Below the pieces are notes generated by a model, which made no database searches, had not been told where the DNA came from, and saw only the letters and a list, made by a program, of their open reading frames with translations. DNA of 63,807 bases, counting the filler, from Olpidium bornovanus S191 (Eukaryota; Fungi; Olpidiomycota), in the NCBI GenBank assembly GCA_017911155.1. It is 32 parts of 32 records of this genome, joined end to end, with 100 filler letters (N's around TTAATTAATTAA, not from the genome) between each part and the next. Parts side by side here need not be neighbours in the genome. Positions count along the whole stretch, not along the records: positions 10,851 to 13,314 come from JAEFCI010002150.1; positions 13,415 to 15,522 come from JAEFCI010010347.1; positions 15,623 to 18,375 come from JAEFCI010000794.1; positions 18,476 to 20,833 come from JAEFCI010007930.1; positions 20,934 to 24,483 come from JAEFCI010007802.1; 27 more parts are not named here. One strand, given 5' to 3'. Both the position numbers and the translations under genes were made by a program. The first letter of the stretch is position 1. Every line of letters starts with the position of its first letter. Shown here piece after piece: positions 11,193-23,313 of the stretch.

Positions 11193-11928
11193 ATGCCGAA
11201 AGTTGTCGCGCGCTGGGCAACGTCCTCGTCACTGGTGCGTGGTGCGTTTGGGGCGGCCGACCGTCCTTGTCTGGGAGCCAAATCAAAGACCGCTTCGTGG
11301 ACGCCAACCTGATCGTCACCCGTTGTTTGTGGGACAGGAAGCCGACGACGACCAAACGAACAACCTGCGCGTGTACTGTACGTGGTCGCTGTGGCTGGAC
11401 TTCACTGTGCGGGCCCGTTTCTCGTCGCCTGTTGCGCGGTAAAACCCGCGACGTCCGGGTGGGACATGCTGACGCTTTTATCCATTGCCCGCACCAAGGC
11501 AGATTGTATCTGCGGGGAGTACATTTGCATCCTCGATACGAGTTTTGAGTCGTTGCCGAGGAGGCAGACCGACAGGGCGTACATTATTCCTCAGAAGACG
11601 CGCGCCGTGAAGTTTAACGTCAAAGACGGCGAGACGGTCTTCGTTAAAAGGTAAAGTTCGTGCCGCGTACTCGGGCGTCTCGGAAGTTCGTGTACTAAAC
11701 AGATCCTCGAATCCACTCAGACCAAAAGGTTTTGAAAAGCAGTTCCGCAAGATTTGTCCTCGCTGTCATTTGTGGGTTGCGTACTGGGTCACCGAAGCGA
11801 GGTCGAAGGCGGAATACGCATACGTAGTTGAGGGCGCCGTGGCAGAAGACGTGGCGGCGACGAAAATGCGAGTCGAAGCCGCCGCGGACGCCGCTGAAGC
11901 AGTAGTCGTCGAGGCCAATTTTACATGA
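11193..11928 (+). CDS. STEEP1: STEEP1/CXorf56 (UPF0428) homolog, 4 exons, complete
   Basis: Splicing three GT-AG introns gives MPKVVARWATSSSLEADDDQTNNLRVYYCICGEYICILDTSFESLPRRQTDRAYII...VKRPKGFEKQFRKICPRCHLWVAY; matches the MPKVV start, YCxCG and ExQxRxxCxxC motifs of the family. Not visible in the unspliced ORF track. Confidence 0.88.
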
Positions 11929-13159
11929 GGACCGCGCTATCTGTTGTCACTGCCATGTGAGCCTGATGGCTCATCGGGTCCTCCCATAGGCAGTTCTATT
12001 CTCAAGTCGGAACGGAGCTGGTGGGGTTCTCGGGCCTGGATACCGCTTGCTCTTTGAGACGTTCCGGTCGGCACCGGGCGAAGTAACCGCACTTCTCCAA
12101 GCAGCAGGTCGTCTGACAATACCTGCGATCCTTTGAGGTTGCGACTTCGTGCATGAGCTTGCCTGGCGCCCCTGCCTGGCGACCCTGCCGACAGAAATCG
12201 AGGCGCTGTAGGGCTCTGAACTGCAGTAATAGCGGCAATCAGGGGGTCGCCTGGTGCTATCATTCACCGTCAGTTGAAGGACATTGTTATAGCGGTTATG
12301 AAAAGTCTCGAAGCGTGGTCGCACGTTTGTCCAAAGATTGAGTTTGACTGAGGTGCGTTCTCTCTGTCGGCGGGATTTCCCGGAAAACATATCGCTTGTG
12401 CAGTGTTCATTCTATCTCTCGTAAGTTGAAAGGCAATCCAGCGGCTGTCCACTGCTATAGATCACAATCCGCGCGATCTAAATCACGAAGGCTTCGTCAA
12501 AAGATTTGGGAATTTGCCGAGAGGCCGCACGAGCAAGGGGCGCAAAAATCGTTCTCGCCGTACCCCTGCTTTACACCAGTTTCTTGCTTGTTTGTCAGGT
12601 AACCGATTAAGTCTCATCGGTCTCGTATTGCATTCCGTGGCAATGAAGCCATGAAGAGGTAGCCGACTTTGCGGTCGACTCGGCCCACGCAAAGAGGGGG
12701 TAGCGGAGAAGACGCGGTGTTTAAAGGACATTTTATTGGCTTTGTTGAGTCGGCTTGACTTCGCCGGGCACCAGTGCTTTATGACGCGGCTGTTTTACCT
12801 GAACAGTTGACAGTTTTCTTCTCTTGATATCGTAATCCGAGAAAGATTTTGTCTATTCCTGTTGAGCTTTCACCTTGCATTTCTGGATAACCTTCCCTTG
12901 GTCGCTTTGTAAAGGCGTAATGTTCTCTAATGGCTGGTGGTGCCTTTCGTCTGGTGATTATCCCCCCTCCAATTGCGCCGACCTCCTGAAGCAACGGCTA
13001 GCATCGAAGGTGCTTGAGCCGGGGAGCGGGCAGTGCGCCTGCCGGCGGTTCACGGTGAAAAAGGGATGGCGAACTACATTTTTGGTTTTGGACTACTTTT
13101 GGACCGCACCTCTGTGGTCATCGGCCATAAAAATCGATCCTCTTTTTGGCAGTTATTTC

Positions 13160-13314
13160 TGTTGCGGAAAAGGGGCTCTCTCTCTCTCTCTTTCTTCTTC
13201 TCTCTCCTTTGTTTGCGTTTGACGGCGGGAGGAAGAGCTCCAGGGGGAGCTCCCCTCCCGGTCTTGGCATCTTTGATCACGTGACCGTAGAGCGTACTCT
13301 TTCGGTTCACAACA
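13160..13314 (-). mobile_element. LTR family B copy (155 bp, TGTTG...CAACA termini)
   Basis: Homologous (inverted) to 30372-30523; both carry TGTTG/CAACA terminal inverted repeats; the contig ends exactly at the LTR terminus. Confidence 0.7.
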
Positions 13315-13464
13315 NNNNNNNNNNNNNNNNNNNNNNNNNNNNNNNNNNNNNNNNNNNNTTAATTAATTAANNNNNNNNNNNNNNNNNNNNNNNNNNNNNN
13401 NNNNNNNNNNNNNNACGGAATTTTGAGGAAACTTGACGACGGGCAAAAAGAGTTAAAACCGCAC

Positions 13465-13503
13465 CCGATCATGTGCGTGTACATCTGAGCGAAAGCTGCG
13501 GCG

Positions 13504-13542
<39 letters not shown>

Positions 13543-14798
13543 CCGGGAGCGCGCGAAGTTCGCAATAGTTGAGATTTTGAGGCGAAAATTGCCGCGCGTT
13601 CCGAAAAACACACCGGGGAGAGCTCAAGACGCCAGACCAGAAGAGCATGTGAAACGAAACCCGCGAAACGGATAAATTCAAAATTCGACGCATCTGCGCC
13701 GCGAACGGCAAACGACGTCTCAGAAGCTTTACCTGGCGGGTAACTGCAAAGAAGGAAAACAAGGTAATAATAGTAGTACATCCTGTAGGCTCGGGCCGCA
13801 TCCAGAGCATGGTAGATCAGAATTGCTTCACTCCCGGCCCCGATAGGATACAAGGCGTAGAAGAACGTGTACCTGTCGGACCACAAAGCCTCAGAATTCG
13901 CATGGTTCATCCCCCACCGCCGTCCGCGGACGCCAAAAAGGGAAGATTGCATAAACAGCGAACCACTACCGGCACCAAACAAGCCACTTCGGCTGGCTGT
14001 TGATCAGGTTGAACACGTAGTATCCGTAGCGGACGCACTCGGTAATGCACCAAGCCATTGTCATGCTGGTAAACGCAGGATGGTGTCGCACCTGATCGTC
14101 GATGATAGATATTAATGAAACCTCCGCACGCTAGACGAACCAAAAATTCCCCACCCCTTCCTCAACGTCGATAATGTGGATTCTCGAGTTCATGAGTTCA
14201 CGAACCTCTTTCACGGGAAACATGTACAGAATTCCCCAGACGAGCATCACCCGCGAGAAAACCTGCATGCCGATTGTCAAAAGGGGCGAGCGTACAAATC
14301 CTACGATTTTTGGAAAGAAAAAAGTATGTGTCCTCGAACGAAAGCGCTGCGCAAACGGAGGGTGAGTGGCCCCGGGGGGACCGCGGCGTTCCCGCCAAAA
14401 GGACCTCTCTCAGACCTAATATCGCGTGCAGAACCTGACAAAAAATTGTTTAAGTCACATAAAAGTTTGGCCACGATCACATAGCGGTTGCGACAAGCCG
14501 GCGGGTTCTCAGTGTCTTCAAGGGGAGGGAGGGACAACCCAGCACGCCGCCGCTCCGGTGTGGGTGCAGACCGAGCCCCGCTTACTTCCAGAAGCGCCGC
14601 GGTTTGCACGTATATCAGACTCTGGCCAACGCGGTCATACAGGCGGGAAGTATCTCCGCCGGTCCGGTACAGGTGCAGGACCGTTTGCAGCAAAACATAG
14701 CTCCACGCGACGGTGGACAGGAGGTTGTACGCGACGAGATACGCCACGGTGCCGCCGGCATATGGTGCTTGCTTGCCTGTGTAAGTACGTGGGGCCAT
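13465..14798 (-). CDS. PHS1: Very-long-chain 3-hydroxyacyl-CoA dehydratase (PTPLA/HACD family), multi-exon, 3'-partial
   Basis: YLVAYNLLSTVAWSYVL, VQTAALLEV, QVFSRVMLVWGIL, AWCITECVRYGYY, RYTFFYALYPIGAGSE, YTHMI motifs across GT-AG-bounded exons. Confidence 0.93.
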
Positions 14799-15650
14799 GT
14801 GCGGGCTTCAGCGGGCCAGACGCGATCGCCATGGGCGCTGTGTGTTGGGGGAGGGGAGGGACCACGAACGTTTCCGCGGCCAAATCGCCATTATCAAGGC
14901 AGGAACAGGCGGGTGGAACCCGTGTGCCGCGGGATCCGGAAAGCGTGGGCGCGCGGGCTGCCTGTTCCTCGTGCGGCTGCGCTGGGCCGCGGCCAAGATA
15001 GTGGACAGTAGCGATGTGGCCGGCTGTTGTTTGTGTTGGGGCGGGGTACTGCGGCGTTGCTCAACCGCGTACAAAAAACCAGCGAGATTTCGACGCAAGG
15101 GAAAAGCGGCCAATCCCCCTCTCCCCCCTCCTCCTCCCCGCCCCCGGCCTTATCTCCGTGGCGACACGTCAACCCGCTCATGTGCAACGTGATCTCGAGC
15201 GTCAAGTTGGAATTCTACGAAGGAGCGTCCTTCAAACTATTGGTACTTGGTGAATAGCGTGATTGTGTCACGTTCGACAAGGGTATGCGGAGATAATCCT
15301 TTTTCGCGGTCGCTACCATTTTTGCGCGGAGGCGAAGGGTGGTTTTCGGTTTGAGCGGTCTCCCATTGGCGACATAAACAGTTGCTTGGGCCGTACACGA
15401 GCATGACGGGGCCTTGAAGCGCCTCCTAACATTGGTCTTACCGCAAATTGCCCATATGGCATTACCGCTGGGCAAAAATCTTCGCCTTCGATGGACAATA
15501 TTCCTGCCAAGTACACTGCGACNNNNNNNNNNNNNNNNNNNNNNNNNNNNNNNNNNNNNNNNNNNNTTAATTAATTAANNNNNNNNNNNNNNNNNNNNNN
15601 NNNNNNNNNNNNNNNNNNNNNNATCTTCTAAAAAAAAAAAAAAAAAAAAG

Positions 15651-15775
15651 AAAATGCCGTTGCAAAAAAGAAGATGGTGCCCGTAGCAAAAAACCCCCGT
15701 CGCAAAAAAAGAGAAGATGCGCGCATTGCAAAAAAATGAGGATGCCCCTATCGCAAAAAAAGAATGCAGAGAGAA
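15651..15775. repeat. Degenerate A-tract satellite, unit about (CC)GTCGC-A(6-8)-GAAGATG
   Basis: Five to six degenerate units at the contig start; the same unit occurs inverted at 25745-25820. Confidence 0.7.
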
Positions 15776-18036
15776 ATCAGGGGTAGCCCTGGCGCTATCT
15801 CTGAGAGAGCGAAGCTCTGCGATGTGTAGCAAATTATAAAGAAGAGTGCCGGTGGGGGTTTTACGTACTTCAACTGGTCACCTGCGGATAGGGCATCGAT
15901 TGGATTGGGGCCACTCCACTGCACGGTGCAGATGGGTTACACTCGTAAGCATAGCGTGGTTTTGCAAGGGACCTGCTGTAAGACGTAGTAAACCCAGCGG
16001 CAAAATAAAAACCAAAAACAACACGGCCACACATAACAAATGAGGTTTCAAATGAGGCTCAGCCATGGGCTTATTAAAACTCAGGCGTCGACATGGACTG
16101 GGCCTGGGCCGGCCCATTGCTTGCCGGCATTTTCACAGGCCTAGTTGCTACTGCTCGTTGCTCACCACTGCATTGCGGATTTCAAGCTTACTTTGTCACA
16201 ACCCATGACATTCACGTCCGTTGGATGGTTCTCCCATGTGCGGGCGGCGTTGTACAAAGTTGTAGATATATGGACAATCTGCGCCAACGATCCACTATCT
16301 ACCGGGTTGAGAAAAGCTTCAATACACTGCTAACAAAACCAAAGTAAGGTCCTATGGTTCGTCGTATGGGGTGCGCTCGGTTTTGAAGCCGCATTTCTTA
16401 ACGTTTTTCTCTTCAGCAACCCGGCTTCGAGTCCTGCACCGAATAAGGTGGCGGAGGGCCCGGCGAGGTTGGGCTAATCGCCGCAGTAGTCGCCAAACTG
16501 CTGGCGGGGGTTGGGAAAAAAGTAGGACCTTGCGCGATATTGGCTGCCTGCGAGAAATCTGGAAGAGGGAAACTGATATTTGGGCATGGGCCGCCGCCGG
16601 CGGCTACGGCCCCGCTTTGGAAGTGTCCGCCGTGGCGCTGAGGTGAAGCTGCTTCGACCTCAAGCACCTGTTTTCGTCATATCTTCAGCCGAAGTGATCG
16701 GCAAAACAGCGACGTGGGGGAGAGATGGCCGGTTTTACGTACCAGATTAGTAGAGTAAGTGTATCTTCCGCCCGAGTTCACGCCCTCCGGCACCTGACCT
16801 CAAGGTTAACGCGGCGTGACGAACGGCGGCGCGCGCCTCCTAAATTAGCCCCAAGGGGAACAGAAAATTTCTTACGTCAACATAGCGGTACCGCCAATTA
16901 ATTCCAACCCCGTTGTCAGCAGCATTGTATTCATCGAGGATGCGACCGATCAACTCTAGAACCTGTCGTAAGCGATGATGCAAAGTTTAAAATAGCCGAT
17001 TGAGGGCGTCAAACGCCCTCGCGGGCACAACCAATGGACCAATACGCGAGCGCCGCTTTTACCCTCTCATTCGCTTTCCTCGCCATAACGGCAGTTCCAC
17101 CAAACCCGGCAAAGACCACTGCAACCACAACCGGTAACGGTAGCACCACAGGTGCTCCAGCGTCGGAGGCGGCCGTTATGACATACAGAACGAAGAATGC
17201 CATAGTCGCAAGGATGGGCAAGTTGACCACCACTTTCGACCCCACCCACCGGCCCCAAGGCGGCGCAAACGCAGCGAAGAGTCAACCGTCGTAGAAGCCC
17301 GTCGGTTCCCCGCGTCCAAAAAAAAAAAATGGCGCCTATGCCCCCGTCTCTGGTCCCCTTTACCCTCCCGCGCCCAAGTGAGCGCCCGCAAATACTTGCT
17401 TCTCGTAGGCGTGACGCGTTCAAGACCCGCGTTCAAGTGGCGCAGCCGGCTTTGGAAAGTCTCCCGGCTCATCTTGCGAGAGGCGGTGGAGGGGTGGCAA
17501 GGTTTTCGCGTGCGCCGACAGAAGTAAGTCGAAGGCGGACCCATCTCAACCATTCCCCTTCCCCCCCTTCCCCTACCCCTGCTCCCGAACTCCGCGAGTG
17601 TCACGTTATCGCCCCCCTTTGTGTGCTATCTTTTGACGAACGCGGCTGAAGCGCAACGCCGAAGTCGAAAGGGGCCGTGCAACTTTCGTACCAGCGGCTG
17701 GAGCTCGACGGAATACACATCCTGGGAGAAGGTCGTACGGCCGGCACGGGGTTTGAACAGAAACCGGTGAGAGCGAGCTGGAAGGGAGGCAAAAAAAAAA
17801 TCCACGAGCCGTCGTTCCCGGGCGGGCGGTCAGAGGGCCGGGGGAGGCGGCCGGAGCAGCACCGACCTCGACTTGCCTCCGCGCGGCCTGGTACTTCAGA
17901 GTCACCACAGGCATCCAGGAACGCCTGGAGAAAAGAAAGCTCGAGTTTTGGCTGTTTTTAACCTTTTCTTTTTTTTTGGCAAGTTGTGTTGGCGCGCGCG
18001 CGAGAGAGAAAGAGCCCTTCCTACACCGCCCCCCCC

Positions 18037-18060
18037 CACACACACACACACACACACACA
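18037..18060. repeat. (CA)n microsatellite
   Basis: Perfect CA run; another at 27182-27213. Confidence 0.9.
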
Positions 18061-18475
18061 TACAGTCGGCGCTGCGAGCCGAAGGCAACTCAGCGCTTGA
18101 GGACACGAGCAATGAGAGGCACTTGAACTGGCTATGAGTTCTCGTTCGCTGCATAAGCTGGTATCTTTAAGAGAGTACTCATACCTAAACGAACCTAGAC
18201 TGCGAGAACACGTTTCGCGCCAATCCAACGCAGGGCAAAACCAATGTGCGCCCAAGCAATCATAATTCGAACCCAAACCGTGTTGAATTGATAAGGCTCC
18301 CCTCACAATCACCACTAATAATGGTGCTGGCGTCTTTTGCGAATAAGTCATTCTGCCGTTGTGCATCTTCTCATGNNNNNNNNNNNNNNNNNNNNNNNNN
18401 NNNNNNNNNNNNNNNNNNNTTAATTAATTAANNNNNNNNNNNNNNNNNNNNNNNNNNNNNNNNNNNNNNNNNNNN

Positions 18476-18928
18476 ATATTTGGAGGAGGAAAAGCGGATA
18501 ACAGGCAAAATGGCGGTCGAGGGGCCGAATTCCTTGCCGACCACCGCGGGACCAGCTCGCGGGGCGACTGAAGAAAGAGATCTCCTCGACTTCATGTATG
18601 ACGACAACGACAACGAGCCTGACCCGCTGCGTCTACCCACGTTTATATTCTACTGCTCCAACGGCGAACGCGCGAGAGTCGCGTACGCTATAGCTGTATC
18701 ATTGGGATACAAGGACCGGTGCGTTGTGTGTGTTTACTTTGTTTGTGCTGCCTGCGGGTTTTGTGTTGGATAGGTTCCGGAGCTTCTTCGTGGAGAAGAT
18801 TGTCAATTTTTTTTCTATCGCGAGCCCTAATGATGCAATTTATCGAATCTAGATCGATGGTATATCGACCATCGTACAACGAGTGGTCGCGCTTCATCAA
18901 TTACGAACCTGATCTCGAAAGTGCGTGA
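18476..18928 (+). CDS. Rhodanese-like domain protein, 3' end (5'-partial, one intron)
   Basis: FIFYCSNGERARVAYAIAVSLGYKDR spliced (GTGCGT...CTAG) to SMVYRPSYNEWS; matches the rhodanese pattern ifYCxxGxRa...lGy and vYxgSwxEW. Confidence 0.7.
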
Positions 18929-20752
18929 CGGAAGTTCCTGCAAGCTAAAAGCATCATCTGCTCAGGCGATCTCGTACGCATGCAGCGAGTTTCCGCGAAC
19001 ATTGGGAGACTCGTGTCTTGTCCGTACTCCAAGTAAATGCAGGAAGCGGTTCAGGTTCATCACGAAATAACAACGACGGGAATTGCGCGTCGCCAGCTTT
19101 TAGTGAATCCCAAAGCGTGTAAAGTCTCCAGGTTCGAATAGGAGAAACACGGAAAACGGAAGTCCCTCGCCAACACGGCTCTCTTCACGCCTTCGCCGGT
19201 AACTTTGATCTTTCTTCGCGCTTTGGCTCCTGTGTGCGACCTCGTTGTTGGGGAGGCGCTTGATCGTCCCTGGGCACCGGTACAACAAGAGGACCAATGC
19301 AATAGAGTCGAAGCAGAGTCGAAAATGAGGGCCATGTTCGGTCGGCGGCTTCACCCAACCACGGCTGCGCGTCGTTTTTCGTGTCAATAAACGTTTCGCA
19401 CGGGCTTAGCAAACCATCGCCGAATGGGCATTGGCATCAACTGGTTGATGAGAAGTCAAGCCCCCCGGCCGCCCTCGGCGAAATCCCGTCCGGTTGGCTT
19501 CTCCGAGGAATCTGCCTTCCTGCCAGACCGAGCTCCCTGTTCCCTCCCGACGCCCTCCTCCTCCTCCCGCCGCGTGGCTCCCCGTGGGCCCGGGCTGCGG
19601 CCATTTCCTTTCGAGCACGCGCCCCAACCCCTCCCCGGCCCCGCACCTTCATTTTTTCCCCCGTTTTGGGCTGCGAAGATCTCGGCCCCAGCTCAGCGCG
19701 TTCGCGTTGCCCCGGGGGCAGCCGCGGAAGCCCCTCCCCGCTTCCCCCCCCCCACCCCCCCGGCGGAGCGCGGCCTACCTTCTCTCTCCTCCTCCTCGCC
19801 CTGGTTTTCGCCTCTATCTCTCTCTCTTTCTCTCTCTCGTCCACGCTCCGGATACCAAGGCGTCGCTTGTCGGCAAGGGCGCAACGTGAGTTGCCGGGCT
19901 CGGTCGGTGAGCGCGCGGCGGGAGGGGGTCCGGGGGGGGGAAGGGGAAGGGAGGGAGGGGGGGCGAGGACACTGCCGGAGCCGACGCGAGCAGCACCGAG
20001 GTCGACGACGCGGGACCCGGCCGGCTCCGTGCAGGCCACGTGCCGGCGTATCACCGCAACAAACGGCCCAAGCCAGGGCGAGCAGTTGATCGGCAAAGGT
20101 CCTTTCTTTCCCTACTTTGTCTCCCTCATCAACCCGAAGTGCCTGGCGCTTCGCTTGCCCGCGGTTGACGCGTCAGTGACGTTACTCCCTTTTGATGATC
20201 TGATTTTCGGCCCGTCGACAACCGCGCAACCCTTGCCCCCAAGGTCGGGTTGTCCGTCGCGGCCTGGAGCAACAACACCACGAGGGCCGATTTCCCCGTT
20301 GTCCCCGCCGCGGGTTTTTGCTCCGTAGGAACAACGGGCGGCGCAGGAGGGAACCGCCAAGCGTTCCCCTGCCGGCCCACCCTCTTTTTAACGTCGCGCC
20401 GGATAAAGTTCGCTGGCGGCGGGAACCTGACCGGGACGCCCCCGGGGCCAGACGGCGCTCTTCAGGCAATCGGGTCGTTTGACGGCGCTTTCTCGCCATG
20501 ATCGCCGCGGGTGCCGGCCCTGTCGACGCCGGTGAGCCGCGGCTTGCAGCCGCGTTTGCGGCGGAGACGGGGGGGCGATCCTCCTTCTCCCTCTCCTCCC
20601 TCCCCACGAACCTCCCCGTTCACCTCGGCCGTCGCTCGAATCACCGCGCAGGCCGCGAGTCTCCGCCGCCGCTGGAAGACATGACCGCGTTCGTCGCTTC
20701 GAGAAACAAAACCGCCGGTGCGTGAAAACCGGCGGCCATCTCTCCTCACCGT

Positions 20753-20824
<72 letters not shown>

Positions 20825-21049
20825 CCCCCCCACNNNNNNNNNNNNNNNNNNNNNNNNNNNNNNNNNNNNNNNNNNNNTTAATTAATTAANNNNNNNNNNN
20901 NNNNNNNNNNNNNNNNNNNNNNNNNNNNNNNNNAGGAGTGGGTGGGGCGGCACTGGGGGCGGCGGCTGGCGCGGCGCTTCAGTCACGTGCCCTGTTGGTC
21001 TGTTTTTTTTTTCGGGGCTCCGAAGAGGGGGCGGGAGGAGGAATGTTTG

Positions 21050-21900
21050 TCATGTGATTCACGGTTCCCAGCCGCGCGGCTGTCTTGCGGAGCGAGGCCG
21101 CTGGTCGACAGAAATAGTTGGTAAGATGTTTTGTAAAGTCTGTTAGCTCATTACCCGGTAATCGGAACTCCATGCCACGTCCCAGCCAAGGTGCTCCACC
21201 GTTTGACACGGATGTATGTTGCACTTGGACCATTTCAGGCGAATCTGATGTGTTGCAAAGTATGAATTGCGTGAGCCCGTTCTCTCGTGTCCGCCCCGTT
21301 GAGGAAGTCGACGAGGCGTGCTGTTCCGTTGACACCCAGTTCGTGCAGGTGTGCGACGATGACGATCATTACCTTTGCGAAGATACATGATGTGGTCACG
21401 GCACCCTTGACTCAGATTGTTTCACCGTAGCAAAGCAAAACACAGTTTCAGATGGCCGGATCTATGGTGTAATGGTAGGGGTCCTGAAGGTTAATTTTCC
21501 AGAGCCAGCCATCAGGAGGAAGGAAAGGTAGCTTGTTCGTCAAAACTGACATTGTCAATCAGGATTTCCGCATGCACATTTTAACGGGGCAATAGTCAAA
21601 AATGGAATGATATTTCATGGCGGATTGGCTGATACAAAACATGTTGGCCAAGAAGATGCCCAAGGGTCGATACCCCGCATCCCATGCCGCGAGCGGTAAG
21701 TCTAAGACAATTTTGGTGGCCCCTGTGTGTGTCCATGTTGAGTGATCTTCGCCAACCTCTGTGACGCCCGTGATCGAGTCCTGCCGTGCTTTGATGGGCC
21801 GCAGGGTCCAGGAAGCAGTCTCTTCCCTAAAAGACGATGTGGAGAGTCTCTGCAGTTATTCTCGGTAGTTGGTTCCAGGCCGTCGTGAGTCATGTGATTT
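21050..21900 (-). pseudogene. Fossil reverse transcriptase of a DIRS-type (tyrosine-recombinase) retrotransposon
   Basis: Conceptual translation through stops: FLANMFCI...SIFDYCPV...KLPFLPPDGWLWKINLQDPYH...IFAKVMIVIVAHLHELGV..ARLVDFL, frameshift, LKWSKCNIHPCQTVEHLGW, frameshift, MEFRLP...LRKTAARLG. Colinear with DIRS RT motifs; at least 4 stops and 2 frameshifts; YxDD degenerate. Confidence 0.75.
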
Positions 21901-23313
21901 TCGCCGCCGCCGGCCAGTGCGGGGCATCGGGGCGTAAGAATGCCCTCTCGGGTGTAAGGCCGTCTCACCGATGCGGACGGCCCAAAAAAAGATCGCACGT
22001 CATTGCTTGGAGCGGCCGTGGTTGCGTCGGTGGTCGGTGTTCCCCGGTCGGCCAAGCCCACGGCTGTCTGACGAGAAACTCCCAAACCCGTTGTGGCTGG
22101 AGGGGGCAAAGCCGCCATGTCCAAAATTACCTCGGCGGGCGTTTTCCGCGCCCGAAGCCTTGGCGGAAAACTCTTCCCTTATATTCAAAGCGTCCATGAA
22201 TTCTGCGTTCAATTTCGCCAAAGAAACCGGCCCGTTCGCTGGTGCCATACGCGGGGCGCTCCTGAACGGACTGCTGGGCGATTTTGGCAGCGTGGACGAT
22301 CGTTGGCATTGTCGGGGGAGCCCAGCCCTCCGATCTTTCCTCGGCGAGATTTCATTTGGCAGAGGTCATCGTCCGAGCCGTCCAAACTCGGGATAAGGTT
22401 GTCTACGGCCGGAGCGGCGTCATGTATGCCTCCAGAAAGCACAGCAGGGTCATTGACTTCTTTCCCACTACTTTGTGCCGTTAAAAACTGTCAGAATGGA
22501 TTCATTGCTCTAACCATTTCCAGCAGTGTTAAGAATATAATTCCTTAACATGTTAGTTTAACTGCCATCCCTACTCCTCTCCCATTCTCACTGCTTCAGC
22601 CATTTCCAACACTGTTAACAAACACACTTTTTCTAACAGTTACGTTTTTAATTGCCATCCCTAACTGAATTCTGCTATGGGGAATTGTTAAAGAATTCAC
22701 TGTTCAAAACATTGCGTCAGCAGCTTTCCAGCTGCCATACATATTTAGAACATTGTGGTAACAACCTAGTTTCTAACTGCCGTCTATACTCCTCACCAAC
22801 CGATTTAGCTGTTAAAAACGGGAAAAGTGTCAAAAACAAAAATGGAAAGATTCGTTGTTTTATGGAAGCATCGAAGACAAAATGTATTAACTGATTAATT
22901 TCTAACTGGCATACCAGGTCTGTCTGGGGAGAATTTTAAAAGAAAAAGGTTTGACTGGGGAGTTCTCAATTGCCGTTTCGGGGATTTGAACCTTTCGGGC
23001 GCGACGGCTGTCGACCGATGAGCGTCTGGCCCAACCTTGCTTTCGCCGAACTAGCAACCGCAGTGCGCGCGCAGACTCCCGGCCCGACGGACTCGTGGTC
23101 GAACGCAGGCTGCTGAACAGCAAGTGCGCGTACGCGATTTACCTGCTTGGTAAAGAGGGCGGGGGTCGCCGCAGAGCAGGTGTTTGTGTGCGAGAATGGC
23201 TCCCCGCCATCCACCACCCCTTCCTGGGATGCGCCTCGTGGTTGGGCGGTCAGGGTGATCTAGAACGAGCCTCTCGTCCGTGTTTCCTCGTTTAGACACG
23301 TGCCGGTGTACTC

